From the NCBI GenBank assembly GCA_964016885.1, contig OZ024741.1:224006001-224070000 (forward strand): DNA of 64,000 bases, written 5' to 3'. A program made the translations under genes and the position numbers. Shown one piece after another: positions 13,722-26,744 of the stretch (positions are counted from its first letter, which is position 1; every line of letters starts with the position of its first letter). The notes under the pieces are model-generated. The model saw only the letters and a list, made by a program, of their open reading frames with translations. It was not told the origin of the DNA and did not search any database. Source of the DNA: Eledone cirrhosa. Lineage: Eukaryota.

Positions 13722-13857
13722 TTAATCTGTTATTTTAATAAATATTTGTTCTACGGTTCTTATATATTTGATATATATTTATCCTTACCGAGCCCTCTTT
13801 GGATTTTAGTCTTCAAATTTATTATTATTACTATATATATATATATATATATATATA

Positions 13858-14223
13858 GAGTGTACCCCCGGAATTCGCTGTCCCGGTTATTCGCGAAGTT
13901 TTCCTTAAAACCTAACTAATAATAGTTCGTGGAAACCACCGCCTATTCGCGGAATCGTCAATATCTTCCGCGATTTTTAAATGTTTTTTTTCGTGGCAAT
14001 ATATATATTTTTTTAACGCTAAATTATTAATAACAATATACCGTATTTGCCGGCCTATTGGACTCCCCCTTCGCATAAAACACTCCCCTTTTTAAAATTA
14101 TATTTTACGTTATATTTTGACGTTTATAGGCATTTTTATGGACCAATTCCAATATTCGCGGTTTTTCACTCTTCGCGGGTGCTCTAGGAACGTAACTTCT
14201 GCGAATACCGGGGAACAACTGTA
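13858..14223. mobile_element. Tigger/pogo-like MITE
   Basis: Imperfect TIRs AGTGTACCCCCGGAATTCGC / GCGAATACCGGGGAACAACTG-TA. Confidence 0.6.
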
Positions 14224-14672
14224 CACACACACACATACACACACACATATATAAAGTTGATTAATGACAAAACTTCTAGATCATGCGGAATTTTCCTCCA
14301 ATTATTCAGAACACAAAATCCTGGCTGTGATTTTTGGATGTTTTTTTGTTTTTTTTAAAGGGGGAGATAATTTCAAGAATTTAAAAATAAAATACAAAAA
14401 ATTAATTTATATGCATACGTTTATGAGCAAACAGGACAAATACGAACATGATGTCTTAACTGAGTATTAATTAAGTGCACAGCTGGTGAAGTAAAAATAG
14501 AGTGTTTAATGAAGTGTACAATTGTTTGTTATTTTGAGGCTGGCATGTTTATCATTGTGAATAAATAATTAGGAATAGGAGGAAAAATAAGAATAAATAA
14601 AACAAGTTCTGTCATAAAGTTTCTAAAAGACAGGCGAAGCTGTGTAGTTTGTAACCAATAATTATGATTTCT

Positions 14673-15965
14673 AATATTGTTTCTACTTTTGGCACAAGGC
14701 CAGCAATTATTCCAGTGCATTACTGGTACTTTATTTAATCAACCCCGTAAGGATGAAAGGCAAACATAACCTCGGCGGGATTTGAACTCAGATCGTAAAG
14801 GGCCGTAACTCCATGCTACAAAGCATGACATCCGACCCTCTACCGATACTGTCAATATTGGCACAAGGCAAGCAATTGGGGGAAGGGGGAAATGGGTTAT
14901 ATTGACCCTAGCATGTAACTAGAGCGGTGGATTGGCAGTATCGATAGAGCGTCAGACAACATGCTTTGCAGCATAGAGTTACGGCCCATTACGGTCTGAG
15001 TTCAAATACCACCGAGGTTAACTTTGCCTTTCATCCTTACGGGGGTCGATAAAATAAAGCACCAGTAATGTACTGGGGGTAATTGCTGACCTTGTGCCAA
15101 AAGTAGAAACAATTATTTATTCTTTTCGACCTTGGCTGGATGAAAGGCAAAGTTGACTTCGTCGGGATTTGAACGCAGAACATAAAGGGTCGTAACTAAA
15201 TGCAGCAAGGCATTTGGTCCGACGATCTACCGATTCTGCTAATCCACCATTCTTATGGTTTGTTTCTTATGGTCGTCAGGACCGGTAATAATTGTTTCTA
15301 CTTTAGGCACAAGGCCAGCAATTACCCAGTGCATTACTGGTACTTTATTTTATCGACCCCGTAAGGATGAAAGGCAAAGTCAACCTCGGCGGGATTTGAA
15401 CTCAGATCGTAAAGGGACGTAACTATGCTGGAAAGCATGGCGTCCGACCCTCTACCGATACTGCCAATCCACCGTCAGGACCGGTAATAATGATTTCTGA
15501 TTTAGGTACAAGGCCAGCAATTTAAGGGAAGGTGGAAATCTATTATATTGACCAGTACTTATATACTTTACTTTATCGACCCCGGAATGATAAAAGGTAA
15601 AGTTGACCTCAGTGGAATTTGAACTCAGACACCAATAATAAGGGCGGTGAATTGGCAGTATCGGTAGAGGGTTGGACGCCATGCTTTCTAGCATAGTTAC
15701 GTCCCTTTACAGTCTGAGTTCAAATCCCGCCGAGGTTAACTTTGCCTTTCATCCTTACGGGGTCAATAAAATAAAGTACCAGTAATGTACTGGGTCATTG
15801 CTGGCCTTGTGCCTAAAGTAGAAACAATTATTATTTATAACATTGGCACATGTGAAGGGGAAAGTCGATTATATCAACCCCCAGCAAGTGACTGGTATTT
15901 TATTTTGTCGACCCCGAAAGGGATGAAAGGTAAAGTTGACCTCGACAGGATTTGAACTCCGACAC
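14673..15965. mobile_element. Cluster of about 7 tRNA-derived SINE copies in mixed orientation
   Basis: Box A TGGCAGTATCGG, box B GAGTTCAAATCCC, body TTTGCCTTTCATCCTTACGGGGTCGATAAAATAAAG and (ATT)n tail. Copies at about 14673-14850(-), 14924-15115(+), 15125-15250(-), 15286-15473(-), 15485-15630(-), 15643-15835(+) and 15840-15965(-). Confidence 0.9.
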
Positions 15966-16074
15966 CAATAATAATGGTCGGAGGAGACAAACCCAACCTT
16001 CGCAGAATTGTGAATGAGCTAGAAAATGTGGGGATAAGGTAATCTCTACCGAGGGCAATCAGAAAGTAGACTGT

Positions 16075-16079
<5 letters not shown>

Positions 16080-16126
<47 letters not shown>

Positions 16127-16127
16127 G

Positions 16128-16160
<33 letters not shown>

Positions 16161-16217
16161 GTATATGTATATATATATATATGTATATATATATGTATAT
16201 GTATATATATGTATATG

Positions 16218-16248
<31 letters not shown>

Positions 16249-16270
16249 GTATATGTATATATATATATGT

Positions 16271-16316
<46 letters not shown>

Positions 16317-16359
16317 GTATATATATATATGTATATGTATATATGTATATGTTTATATG

Positions 16360-16412
<53 letters not shown>

Positions 16413-16436
16413 GTATATGTATATATATGTATATGT

Positions 16437-16470
<34 letters not shown>
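16080..16470. repeat. (TA)n/(TATATG)n microsatellite
   Basis: Direct reading. Confidence 0.95.
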
Positions 16471-16474
<4 letters not shown>

Positions 16475-16739
16475 ATACTTGGGGAGGGTCATATTTGTGT
16501 AATATTGCCAGAATTAATAACAGAACACACTCACTGTTTGGTTGGTTTTCGCTTTTCGCTTCTGTGTCTTTTATGTCGGTAATCTAATTTATTCGGTCCT
16601 CAATGTTGCCATTGACTGACCAACGGTCAAAAATAATACAGATACAATATAGACACAAACACATATATATAGTTTATCATAAATCTTTCGTTGCACATCT
16701 GCAACATTGTCAGTGGTGCTATTGTTTCCTCCCGTTACA
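16471..16739 (-). mobile_element. Possible solo LTR related to 11702-11944
   Basis: Shares the TGTTATACTT(T/G)GGGAGGGTCAT end and the TATATATAGT..CATA..TCTTTCGT block; ends GTTACA. Confidence 0.45.
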
Positions 16740-16816
16740 TTGTATTTTCTACGCCATCTTTATTTATATATATATATATATATATGAAAATAGAGAAATT
16801 AATGTAAGCAAGAAGC

Positions 16817-17247
<431 letters not shown>

Positions 17248-17403
17248 AGATAATTTTCACTCTACATGGCTCAATACAATAAATGTAATCTGAGTTTTTC
17301 GAATATTAATAGTAATATTCGATTATGCAAACAGCCTCTTTTTTAATGCCATCTCAGTAGAATGAGCCCCTCATTCTTGGTCTTGTGTTGGCATGTAAAC
17401 AAT

Positions 17404-17449
17404 ACTGCAGACATTAATGTTTCTGGATATTACCCTTCATCAGTACAGT
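17404..17449 (-). ncRNA. Type I hammerhead ribozyme within a pLTR remnant (about 17241-17520)
   Basis: acugua CUGAUGA agggua-auaucca GAAA cauuaaug UC ugcagu; palindromic stem III ACAUUAAUGU; GUC triplet. Confidence 0.85.
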
Positions 17450-17528
17450 TCACTGTTCACCTGCCAACTGTCAGAGCTAGTGAAAATATATATTTTCTAA
17501 AATAACCCGCGAGGTTAATAAAGAAAGC

Positions 17529-17700
17529 ATTATTATTTGTTTCTACTTTAGGCACAAGGCCAGCAATTACCCAGTTCATTACTGGTACTTTATTTTATCG
17601 ACCCCGTAAGGATGAAAGGCAAAGTCAACCTCGGCGGGATTTGAACTCAGATCGTAAAGGGACGTAACTATGCTGGAAAGCATGACGTCCGACCCTCTAC

Positions 17701-17709
<9 letters not shown>
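17529..17709 (-). mobile_element. tRNA-derived SINE, 5'-truncated
   Basis: Same family as the 14.7-kb cluster; CATTATTATT on both sides. Confidence 0.9.
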
Positions 17710-17735
<26 letters not shown>

Positions 17736-17837
17736 AACACACATAGCACATTATTATGGTTAATACATAAAGAGATCATATGTATATATTTAACCATTTA
17801 TGGTCATAGAAGAGGATTATGTTAAGAAAGACACAGC

Positions 17838-20032
17838 GGAACTGCAACACCAAAGACCGCAACAACAAAAACTGCAACATCAAGAGCTGCAAATCAAGAA
17901 CTGCAACACAAAAAACTGCAAGATAAAAAAAAACGCAACATAAAAAACTGCAACACCAAGAGCTGCAACGTCAAAAACTGTAACCTCAAAAACTGTAACA
18001 TAAAAAACTGCAACGCCAAAAACTGCAACATCAAAAAGCACAATATCAAAAACTGCAACATCAAGATCTGCAACGCTGCAACGTCAAACACTTCAACATA
18101 AAAAACAGCAACACCAAAAACTGCAACATCAAAAACCACAATATCAAAAACTGCAACATCAAGATCTGCAACGCTGCAACGTCAAACACTTCAACATAAA
18201 AAACAGCAACACCAAAAAACTGCAACATCAAAAACCACAATATCAAAAACTGCAACATCAAGATCTGCAACGCTGCAACGTCAAACACTTCAACATAAAA
18301 AACAGCAACACCAAAAACTGCAACATCAAAAACCACAATATCAAAAACTGCAACATCAAGATCTGCAACGCTGCAACGTCAAACACTTCAACATAAAAAA
18401 CAGCAACACCAAAAAACTGCAACATCAAAAACCACAATATCAAAAACTGCAACATCAAGATCTGCAACGCTGCAACGTCAAACACTTCAACATAAAAAAC
18501 AGCAACACCAAAAACTGCAACATCAAAAACCACAATATCAAAAACTGCAACATCAAGATCTGCAACGCTGCAACGTCAAACACTTCAACATAAAAAACAG
18601 CAACACCAAAAAACTGCAACATCAAAAACCACAATATCAAAAACTGCAACATCAAGATCTGCAACGCTGCAACGTCAAACACTTCAACATAAAAAACAGC
18701 AACACCAAAAAATGCAACATCAAAAACCACAATATCAAAAACTGCAACATCAAGATCTGCAACGCTGCAACGTCAAACACTTCAACATAAAAAACAGCAA
18801 CACCAAAAAACTGCAACATCAAAAACCACAATATCAAAAACTGCAACATCAAGATCTGCAACGCTGCAACGTCAAACACTTCAACATAAAAAACAGCAAC
18901 ACCAAAAAACTGCAACATCAAAAACCACAATATCAAAAACTGCAACATCAAGATCTGCAACGCTGCAACGTCAAACACTTCAACATAAAAAACAGCAACA
19001 CCAAAAACTGCAACATCAAAAACCACAATATCAAAAACTGCAACATCAAGATCTGCAACGCTGCAACGTCAAACACTTCAACATAAAAAACAGCAACACC
19101 AAAAACTGCAACATCAAAAACCACAATATCAAAAACTGCAACATCAAGATCTGCAACGCTGCAACGTCAAACACTTCAACATAAAAAACAGCAACACCAA
19201 AAACTGCAACATCAAAAACCACAATATCAAAAACTGCAACATCAAGATCTGCAACGCTGCAACGTCAAACACTTCAACATAAAAAACAGCAACACCAAAA
19301 AACTGCAACATCAAAAACCACAATATCAAAAACTGCAACATCAAAATCTGCAACGCTGCAACGTCAAACACTTCAACATAAAAAACAGCAACACCAAAAA
19401 ACTGCAACATCAAAAACCACAATATCAAAAACTGCAACATCAAGATCTGCAACGCTGCAACGTCAAACACTTCAACATAAAAAACAGCAACACCAAAAAC
19501 TGCAACATCAAAAACCACAATATCAAAAACTGCAACATCAAGATCTGCAACGCTGCAACGTCAAACACTTCAACATAAAAAACAGCAACACCAAAAAACT
19601 GCAACATCAAAAACCACAATATCAAAAACTGCAACATCAAGATCTGCAACGCTGCAACGTCAAACACTTCAACATAAAAAACTGCAACACCAAAAAACTG
19701 CAACATCAAAAACCACAATGTCAAAAACTGCAACATCAAGATCTGCAACGCTGCAACGTCAAACACTTCAACATAAAAAACAGCAACACCAAAAACTGCA
19801 ACATCAAAAACTGTAACCTCAAAAACTGTAACATAAAAAAACCGCAACACCAAAAAACTGCAACATCAAAAACCACAATATCAAAAACTGCAACATCAAG
19901 ATCTGCAACGTTGCAACATTAAAAACAGCAACACCAAAAAACTGCAACATCAAAAACTGCAAGTTCAAAAACTACAACACAAAAAACGTGCAACATCAAG
20001 CAAGAGCTGCAACACCAAGAATTGCAACATTC
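17838..20032. repeat. 98/99-bp satellite built from ~15-bp AAAAACTGCAACATC subunits, with degenerate edges
   Basis: CAAGATCTGCAACGCTGCAACGTC recurs every 98-99 bp; the repeat-derived ORFs recur at a 197-bp spacing. Confidence 0.97.
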
Positions 20033-20095
20033 AAAACTTCATGGAAAACTGAAATTTCCATTTTTGTTTGGGAAATGCAGAAGTAGAATAGGATT

Positions 20096-20400
20096 TTGAT
20101 GGAGTGGAAGCAGATGTTCGTCGTTGACTTCACTGGAGCAGGTGAAAGAGATGCCACAGAAGACGATGTCAGAATCTGGTTCAAAGACATAGAACGTGGC
20201 TATGGATATCAAGTGTTAACAGTAGAAGAAATAACGGATGATGTTCTCACTAGTGACAGCAGAGATAGTGAAGATGATAGAGACGATATGAAACATTGAC
20301 CAAGAAACCCCAAAACTCTGCTATTTAGAATCCGTTGATGACAACATTTTTGTACATTAACTTGTCAGCACAAAGTGATGTTCAACAATATTATAAATAT
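20096..20400 (+). pseudogene. Possible Tigger/pogo transposase C-terminal relic
   Basis: EDDVRIWFKDIERGYGYQVLTVEEITDDV followed by an acidic tract resembles the Tigger C-terminal pattern, from recall. Confidence 0.4.
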
Positions 20401-20449
20401 CTTAGAGTCTCAAGGGAATTTGCTATCTGAAAGCTGCATCAGCAACAGC

Positions 20450-20481
<32 letters not shown>

Positions 20482-20889
20482 CGATGACGACAGTAATAAC
20501 AACGACAGCAGCAGCAACAACAACGACGACGACAACAGCACCAGCACCAACACCACCAACACCAACAATAAACTACTAAAACTCGACTCATTCATTCTTC
20601 AAACCAATAAATACTGTCCAATTTCACTGCAGCTGTTAAGGCTGCCAATGATATTAGTGACCTACATTCTGTTGAGTCAGTCTTTCCTCAGTAACGACAA
20701 ACTTCTACGTGTGGAGAAGCAATTCTACCTATATAAACAAAAACATACATCACATAGTGGGTTGCAATGTACCCTGATAAGTAATTATAGATTAAATAAG
20801 AAGAAAAGGGACGGGAGATGGGTATTCACTAGGTTGAGGGGTAGTATAAAATGTAGAATTGCTTTTAAAATAATAGAGCTATTAAGGCT

Positions 20890-21360
20890 TTATTGATATA
20901 CCATTGTCAAGGAGTGTTGTTCAAAGTAGTTAAGACTCGTCTACCCCCCTCGATTGCTTTCTTCATTGCTCGCCTATATTCAGCATTTGATAATTCCAAT
21001 GGTCTTGATACGTGTTTTTGTTTGGTCTTTTTATTTTTCTGTTAATAGTTTTTCTGTTTTGATGCTTTGTGCACTTAGTTTTGTTCACAAATCTTGATGG
21101 GGTGTGGGGTGTGTTTAGCACATATGTTTGTAACAGTGTCTACAAATATCTGCTAGGATGTTTTGATGTTGGTAGAGGTCAGTGCGTATGTGAAAAAAGA
21201 CCGGTCAACATGTGATAGATCGTTAGTGATTGCATTCCAGTTGATATTATGAAGATCCATGTTATCAAATGGGTGAGCTGGAGAGAAGTCGTTGGGTTTA
21301 GCTTTCGGCTGGTGGGATCTCAGGTTACAGAGAACCATGTTATGGTCTGAGAGAAGGCTC
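20890..21360 (-). pseudogene. LINE ORF2 relic (end of AP endonuclease plus linker)
   Basis: SDHNMV...NINWNAITNDLSHVD. Confidence 0.55.
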
Positions 21361-21449
21361 GTTAATATAAAATAGATTGATTGATTTTGCTTTTCATCTT
21401 ACAAAGTAAATAAGAAAATGAAAACCAGAAAGGCCATTTGGCTGCTTGA

Positions 21450-22885
21450 GAAAAGCCTGAGGGGGAAGTTAACTCAAACTGGAGCCCCCACCCCAAACAA
21501 TAAGTACTCTTGTGTTTTTTCTACCATCATGTCAACGTAGAAGAGACAATTTCAGTTGCCGTAAAAGACACTTGCCAGAAAATCCAGGAAGTGTGGAGAA
21601 AAACAAATATTCCTATAAAAAACAGAAATTAACATCGCACTTCAATTAAGAAATTGTATAAGGAGTACCAAGGATGACTGACAAAGCAATTGTAAAGAGT
21701 GAAATATAATATGTGGTCTCAAGCCAGGGCGTTCTCGGAGGAAAGATGTCCCATCTGAAGACAAAGATTTCTTTGAGACACAGCGGGAAGATCAGATGTC
21801 TTCATTCATGGCTGGTGTTGATGCAGAACATGAAAAGAAAATTCACGATATGAAAGTAAGAAAGAGAAAGCAAAATGTAGAAGTCAAGATATCTGAATGT
21901 AGCTCTTGAAAGTTCGTCATTCAGCTCAGTTATTTGTGATGATGATGATAAAATATTCAAGTCAACACTGCCCTGAAAATCACTGCGTATAAAGCCGACT
22001 CACAACGCCATTCTTGTTGCCTCGTGGAGACGGGACAAACTATCGGTATAACAAGCAAATACTTCTTACATCACAATTGCGGAGAGTCTTGGTGGTAATG
22101 TGTCTGAACTTTTGATTTCCCCCTCAACTATTTATCGAGCAAAAACCAGTCACTGTGAGATGATGGCTCGGGAAATCGAATTATCCACTTTCCCACATGA
22201 AGACAGATCCTGGTTAGTCCTCCATTGGGATGGAAAATTATTACCATTGGCTTCCCGATCCAGCACACTCGAAGATCGCAGTTTTAGTTACAGGAAAAGG
22301 AAAGAAGGAGCTCTTAGGTGTTCCGATTGCAAGAGATGGAACCGGACGACAAGTCGCAGAAGTCGTTTTGAAGGAAATTCAATGACTCAAAAATGAGGAT
22401 AGAATAATTGGTATGTCCTTCCACACTGCTGCCCACATTGCGCCAAGGAGCCATTATAAACAGTGAAGCAGCTCTGAAAAAATTCTTCTTGTGGCTGGCT
22501 TGCTGCCATCACATTCTTGAAGAAAGTTTTGAGATATTTTTCCCATCATCTAGTCTCAGTATCTTAAAAAGTTTCAGGAATGTTGGGACTCATCGATAAG
22601 TCTTATTATTAATCTATCCTGGCTGAAGATGAGCCCATGGAAAATTTTTACAAGCAAAAGGGGGAGGAGGTGGTTGAATATCTAGTAACTACTCCTCTTT
22701 CTGGAGATCATCCCTGAGAAGATTATGCTGAGTTCCTAAAACTCTCCCTTCTCTATTTTGGTGGTTGGTCATCTCAGTTTTCCTTGATTGGATAGCTAAG
22801 GCTATGTGATCAACATAGTTCTATTCAAAGAAAAACTTAAGCTTGCACCTCGTGAGTCAAGAGATCTAGAAAAAGTCATTTCTGG
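21450..22885 (+). pseudogene. Decayed hAT-superfamily (hATm-like) transposase
   Basis: Ordered motifs across frameshifts: VWRKTNIP, LHWDGKLL, ELLGVP, IGMSF, LWLACCHHILE, EDYAEFLKL and WIAKA. Confidence 0.75.
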
Positions 22886-22934
22886 TTATAAAGTGTTTTT
22901 CTCTTTAATCCCAATATTATCGGGTATTTAGAAC

Positions 22935-23251
22935 GTCGGACACTATGCTTTACGGCATAAAGTTACGGCTCTTTACGTTCTGAGTTCAAATCCAGCCGAG
23001 GTTAACTTTGCCTTTCATTCTTATCGGGTAGATAAAATAAATCACCAGTTATGCACTGGGCTCGATGTAATCGACTTACCCCTCCCCCCAAATTGCTGGT
23101 CTTGTGCCTTTAGTAGAAACAATTATTGTGTTTTTAGAACGTATTTACGGGGTCGATAAAATAAAGCACCAGTAATGCACTGAGGTCGATGTAATCGACT
23201 TTACTCTCCCCCAAAATTGCTGGCCTTGTGCCTTTAGTAGAAACAATTATT
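22935..23251 (+). mobile_element. SINE copy plus a duplicated 3' half
   Basis: Box B GAGTTCAAATCC; the 3' block repeats at 23146-23251. Confidence 0.85.
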
Positions 23252-23338
23252 GTGTATTCAGAACATATTCCTCCTGCTTATTTTCATCTTATTTTGTTCT
23301 GTTGTGTGGTTTCCTCACTGGATTCAGTAAAATGAACA

Positions 23339-24082
23339 GAGAGGACAATAAACCACTGGCCAGATCCAAGAGAGGACAATATACCACTGGCCAGATCCAA
23401 GAGAGGACAATATACCACTGGCCAGATCCAAGAGAGGACAATATACCACTGGCCAGATCCAAGAGAGGACAATATACCACTGGCCAGATCCAAGAGAGGA
23501 CAATATACCACTGGCCAGATCCAAGAGAGGACAATATACCACTGGCCAGATCCAAGAGAGGACAATATACCACTGGCCAGATCCAAGAGAGGACAATATA
23601 CCACTGGCCAGATCCAAGAGAGGACAATATACCACTGGCCAGATCCAAGAGAGGACAATATACCACTGGCCAGATCCAAGAGAGGACAATATACCACTGG
23701 CCAGATCCAAGAGAGGACAATATACCACTGGCCAGATCCAAGAGAGGAAAATATACCACTGGCCAGATCCAAGAGAGGAAAATATACCACTGGCCAGATC
23801 CAAGAGAGGACAATATACCACTGGCCAGATCCAAGAGAGGACAATATACCACTGGCCAGATCCAAGAGAGGACAATATACCACTGGCCAGATCCAAGAGA
23901 GGACAATATACCACTGGCCAGATCCAAGAGAGGACAATATACCACTGGCCAGATCCAAGAGAGGACAATATACCACTGGCCAGATCCAAGAGAGGACAAT
24001 ATACCACTGGCCAGATCCAAGAGAGGACAATATACCACTGGCCAGATCCAAGAGAGGACAATATACCACTGGCCAGATCCAA
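23339..24082. repeat. 31-bp minisatellite GAGAGGACAATATACCACTGGCCAGATCCAA, about 24 near-identical units
   Basis: Units start at 23401, 23432 and so on; two adjacent units near 23745-23785 share a C>A variant. Confidence 0.98.
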
Positions 24083-24297
24083 AATAATAAACTATCAACA
24101 AAACATATTAAATGAAAAGATGTGAAAGCTCTAAATATTACTCAATTGACCTATAGTTCGGCATACATCGTTATTCCAACAACTCGAACACGGGTATAAT
24201 CGACATGAGATGATTGGCGAATAGTTTGCAAAATGGAGCACACTAATATATATATGTGTGGGTGTTTGTGTATTTTTATATGTATATTTATATAGTG

Positions 24298-24364
<67 letters not shown>

Positions 24365-24784
24365 ACGTGTGTGTATGTATGTGTGTATCAATGTAAGTAC
24401 GTACGTACATACGTATGCATATATAGTGAGGAGAATTCTTTTTCGTGAATTTGCTTATCTAAATTTATTACACACACACACACACACACACACACCCACA
24501 CACAAACACCCATACCCCCCACACACCCACACCCACACCCACACACAGACACACACAGACACACACACACAGACCCCCCCCCCACACACACACGTACGAA
24601 TATATCTTGAAATCTTTAAGTGTATGTATAATGTGTGTGTATATATGTGTATGGAGAGAATATCACAAGTTGAGTAAGTACAAGATCAGTAGAATGTTTG
24701 CCATTATCACATCGATATATGTATTGTCAGGTACTTTACATAAATTCACTTCCACCCCTTCACGCATACACAAATATACATTTG

Positions 24785-26172
24785 TATGTATGTTATCTCT
24801 TTCTCTTAATTTCGAGTATATTTTTTTTGACCGGCCACCTTCCTGGTGGCAAGGTTGTAAAAGAAAAGAAATTGTCATCCCTTGAATCGCAAGAATGTTT
24901 TGCAAATTTTGAAGGTGCCACCTATCGCAGCCATTTGTAGACTATGAATTAGGGAGTTGCGCTCTTTGTCCGCAAATCCAAGTTCAGTCATACTTTGGTC
25001 CAAGCGGGTTGGTATATAACCCGTAGCTCCAATAATGATGGGTATGAAGCTAAAGATGTATCTTGGATACTGGATTTGTAAACTTCTCATCAATGGTCCG
25101 TAGATGTCCTCCTTCTCCTGTATTTTTCTGACAACGTTTACATCAAGTGGGCAGCTGATCTCCACAACAGAACACGTTTTCAATGTGTGGTCCCAAACAA
25201 CAATATCAGGCCGGTTGTGCTTTAATTTGGTGGCAGTTTTTATTTTCAGGTTCCACCAGTATTCCTTAGTGCCATCTGTCTCAATATATTCTTCCTCGTT
25301 TGTTGTTTATTTTGTTTTCCGAAGTGCGTTCCAGATGGTTCTAGCTATCTCATCGTGTCTCATGGGGAGGTAGTAGCGAGATGACATTCTTTCGCAGCTG
25401 GCAACAATGTGGCTTATATCCTCGATCTTTGTTTTACATAGCCTACATTTATTGTCAGCTGCTGGCCCTCCCCTTTATGCAGCAGATATTTGGTAGGGAG
25501 TTCTTGTTCCTGTATTGCATAGAGATATCCCTCAAGGTGTGATGTCATAAACCTGTCGGAACTCCATGCCAGGCTTTTTGAGTGGTTTATCCCCTCTATG
25601 GTCTGTGTTTTACGTCTCAAGTATCCATGCACAACTTTTTCTGTAAATTGGTCAATTTTTTCATCTTGTTTGAACATTGAATAGGATCTTCCGATTTCTC
25701 TGGGTGAGAGATTTATATCTGGCTTTATTCCAGATCAGTCGCTATTCTAATGATATATTATTTTTCATGCTCATAAACCTGGGCAAGATGGTTGCCAACC
25801 TTTTTCCTCTGTTGCAGGTGTTGCTTCAGTGTTACTATCCGGGTCTCATATGATGTTAATATGGATTTTAGACCCCGGCCACCTTCCTTGCGTGAGAAGT
25901 ATAGCCTATCCACATCACCATTGATGTTAAAGTTCCCAGTAACACTGAGAAGTTTGCGAGTTCTAACATCCATCTCACTTAGTTCTTGCAATGACCAGTT
26001 CAGCAGGCCAAATGTTGGCGTTAGAATTGGCACAGCATAAGTATTGTGGGCAATGTATTTGTTGTACGCTGACAGTTCTGATGACCATATTTTCTTTACT
26101 CTTCTGAGGTATTCAGTTCTGGTTCTCTCCTTATTTATGGGTCCATCATAACTGACATTCTCATCATACATT
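24785..26172 (-). mobile_element. 5'-truncated R4/Dong-like non-LTR retrotransposon (RT thumb, CCHC knuckle, restriction-like endonuclease), frameshifted
   Basis: RLYFSRKEGGRGL, AIQEQEL, CRLCK..EDISHIVASC, RHD, HNRPDIVVWD..CSVVEISCP and K..Y. Stop at 24875, an ~85-nt 3' UTR and a (CATA)n tail. Confidence 0.9.
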
Positions 26173-26259
26173 CTATGTATGTATGTATGTATGTATGTAT
26201 GTATGTATGTATGTATGTATGTATGTATGTATGTATGTATGTATGTATGTATGTATGTA

Positions 26260-26662
26260 TGTTATCTCTTTCTCTTAATTTCGAGTATATTTTTTTGACC
26301 GGCCACCTTCCTGGTGGCAAGGTTGTAAAAGAAAAGAAATTGTCATCCCTTGAATCGCAAGAATGTTTTGCAAATTTTGAAGGTGCCAGCTATCGCAGCC
26401 ATTTGTAGACTATGAATTAGGGAGCTGCGCTCTTTGTCCGCAAATCCAAGTTCAGTCATACTTTGGTCCAAACGGGTTGGTATATAACCCGTAGCTCCAA
26501 TAATGATGGGTATGAGGCTAAAGGTGTATCTTGGATACTGAATTTGCAAACTCCTCATCAATGGTCCGTAGATGTCCTCCTTCTCCGGTATTTTTCTGAC
26601 AACGTTTACATCAAGTGGGCAGCTGATCTCCACAACAGAACACGTTTTCAATGTGTGGTCCC
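26260..26662 (-). mobile_element. Second, shorter copy of the same R4/Dong-like element
   Basis: Near-identical to 24791-25194; (TATG)n on both sides. Confidence 0.92.
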
Positions 26663-26744
26663 ATGTATGTATGTATGTATGTATGTATGTATGTATGTAT
26701 GTATGTATGTATGTATGTATGTATGTATATATGTATATATGTAT

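Larger units (their letters stand above)
12028..13830 (+). mobile_element. 5'-truncated Penelope-like element (Naiad-like) with an inverted pLTR at its 5' end
   Basis: Inverted repeat 12028-12146 / 13615-13732 brackets an endonuclease ORF and a GT-rich 3' UTR; flanked by (TA)n. Confidence 0.88.

Noticed and set aside
14924-15020. tRNA genes
   Set aside because: The box A and box B motifs belong to SINE heads; there is no intact cloverleaf.
23339-24082. CRISPR-like 31-bp repeat
   Set aside because: Units are contiguous with no spacers, there are no cas genes, and the context is eukaryotic.
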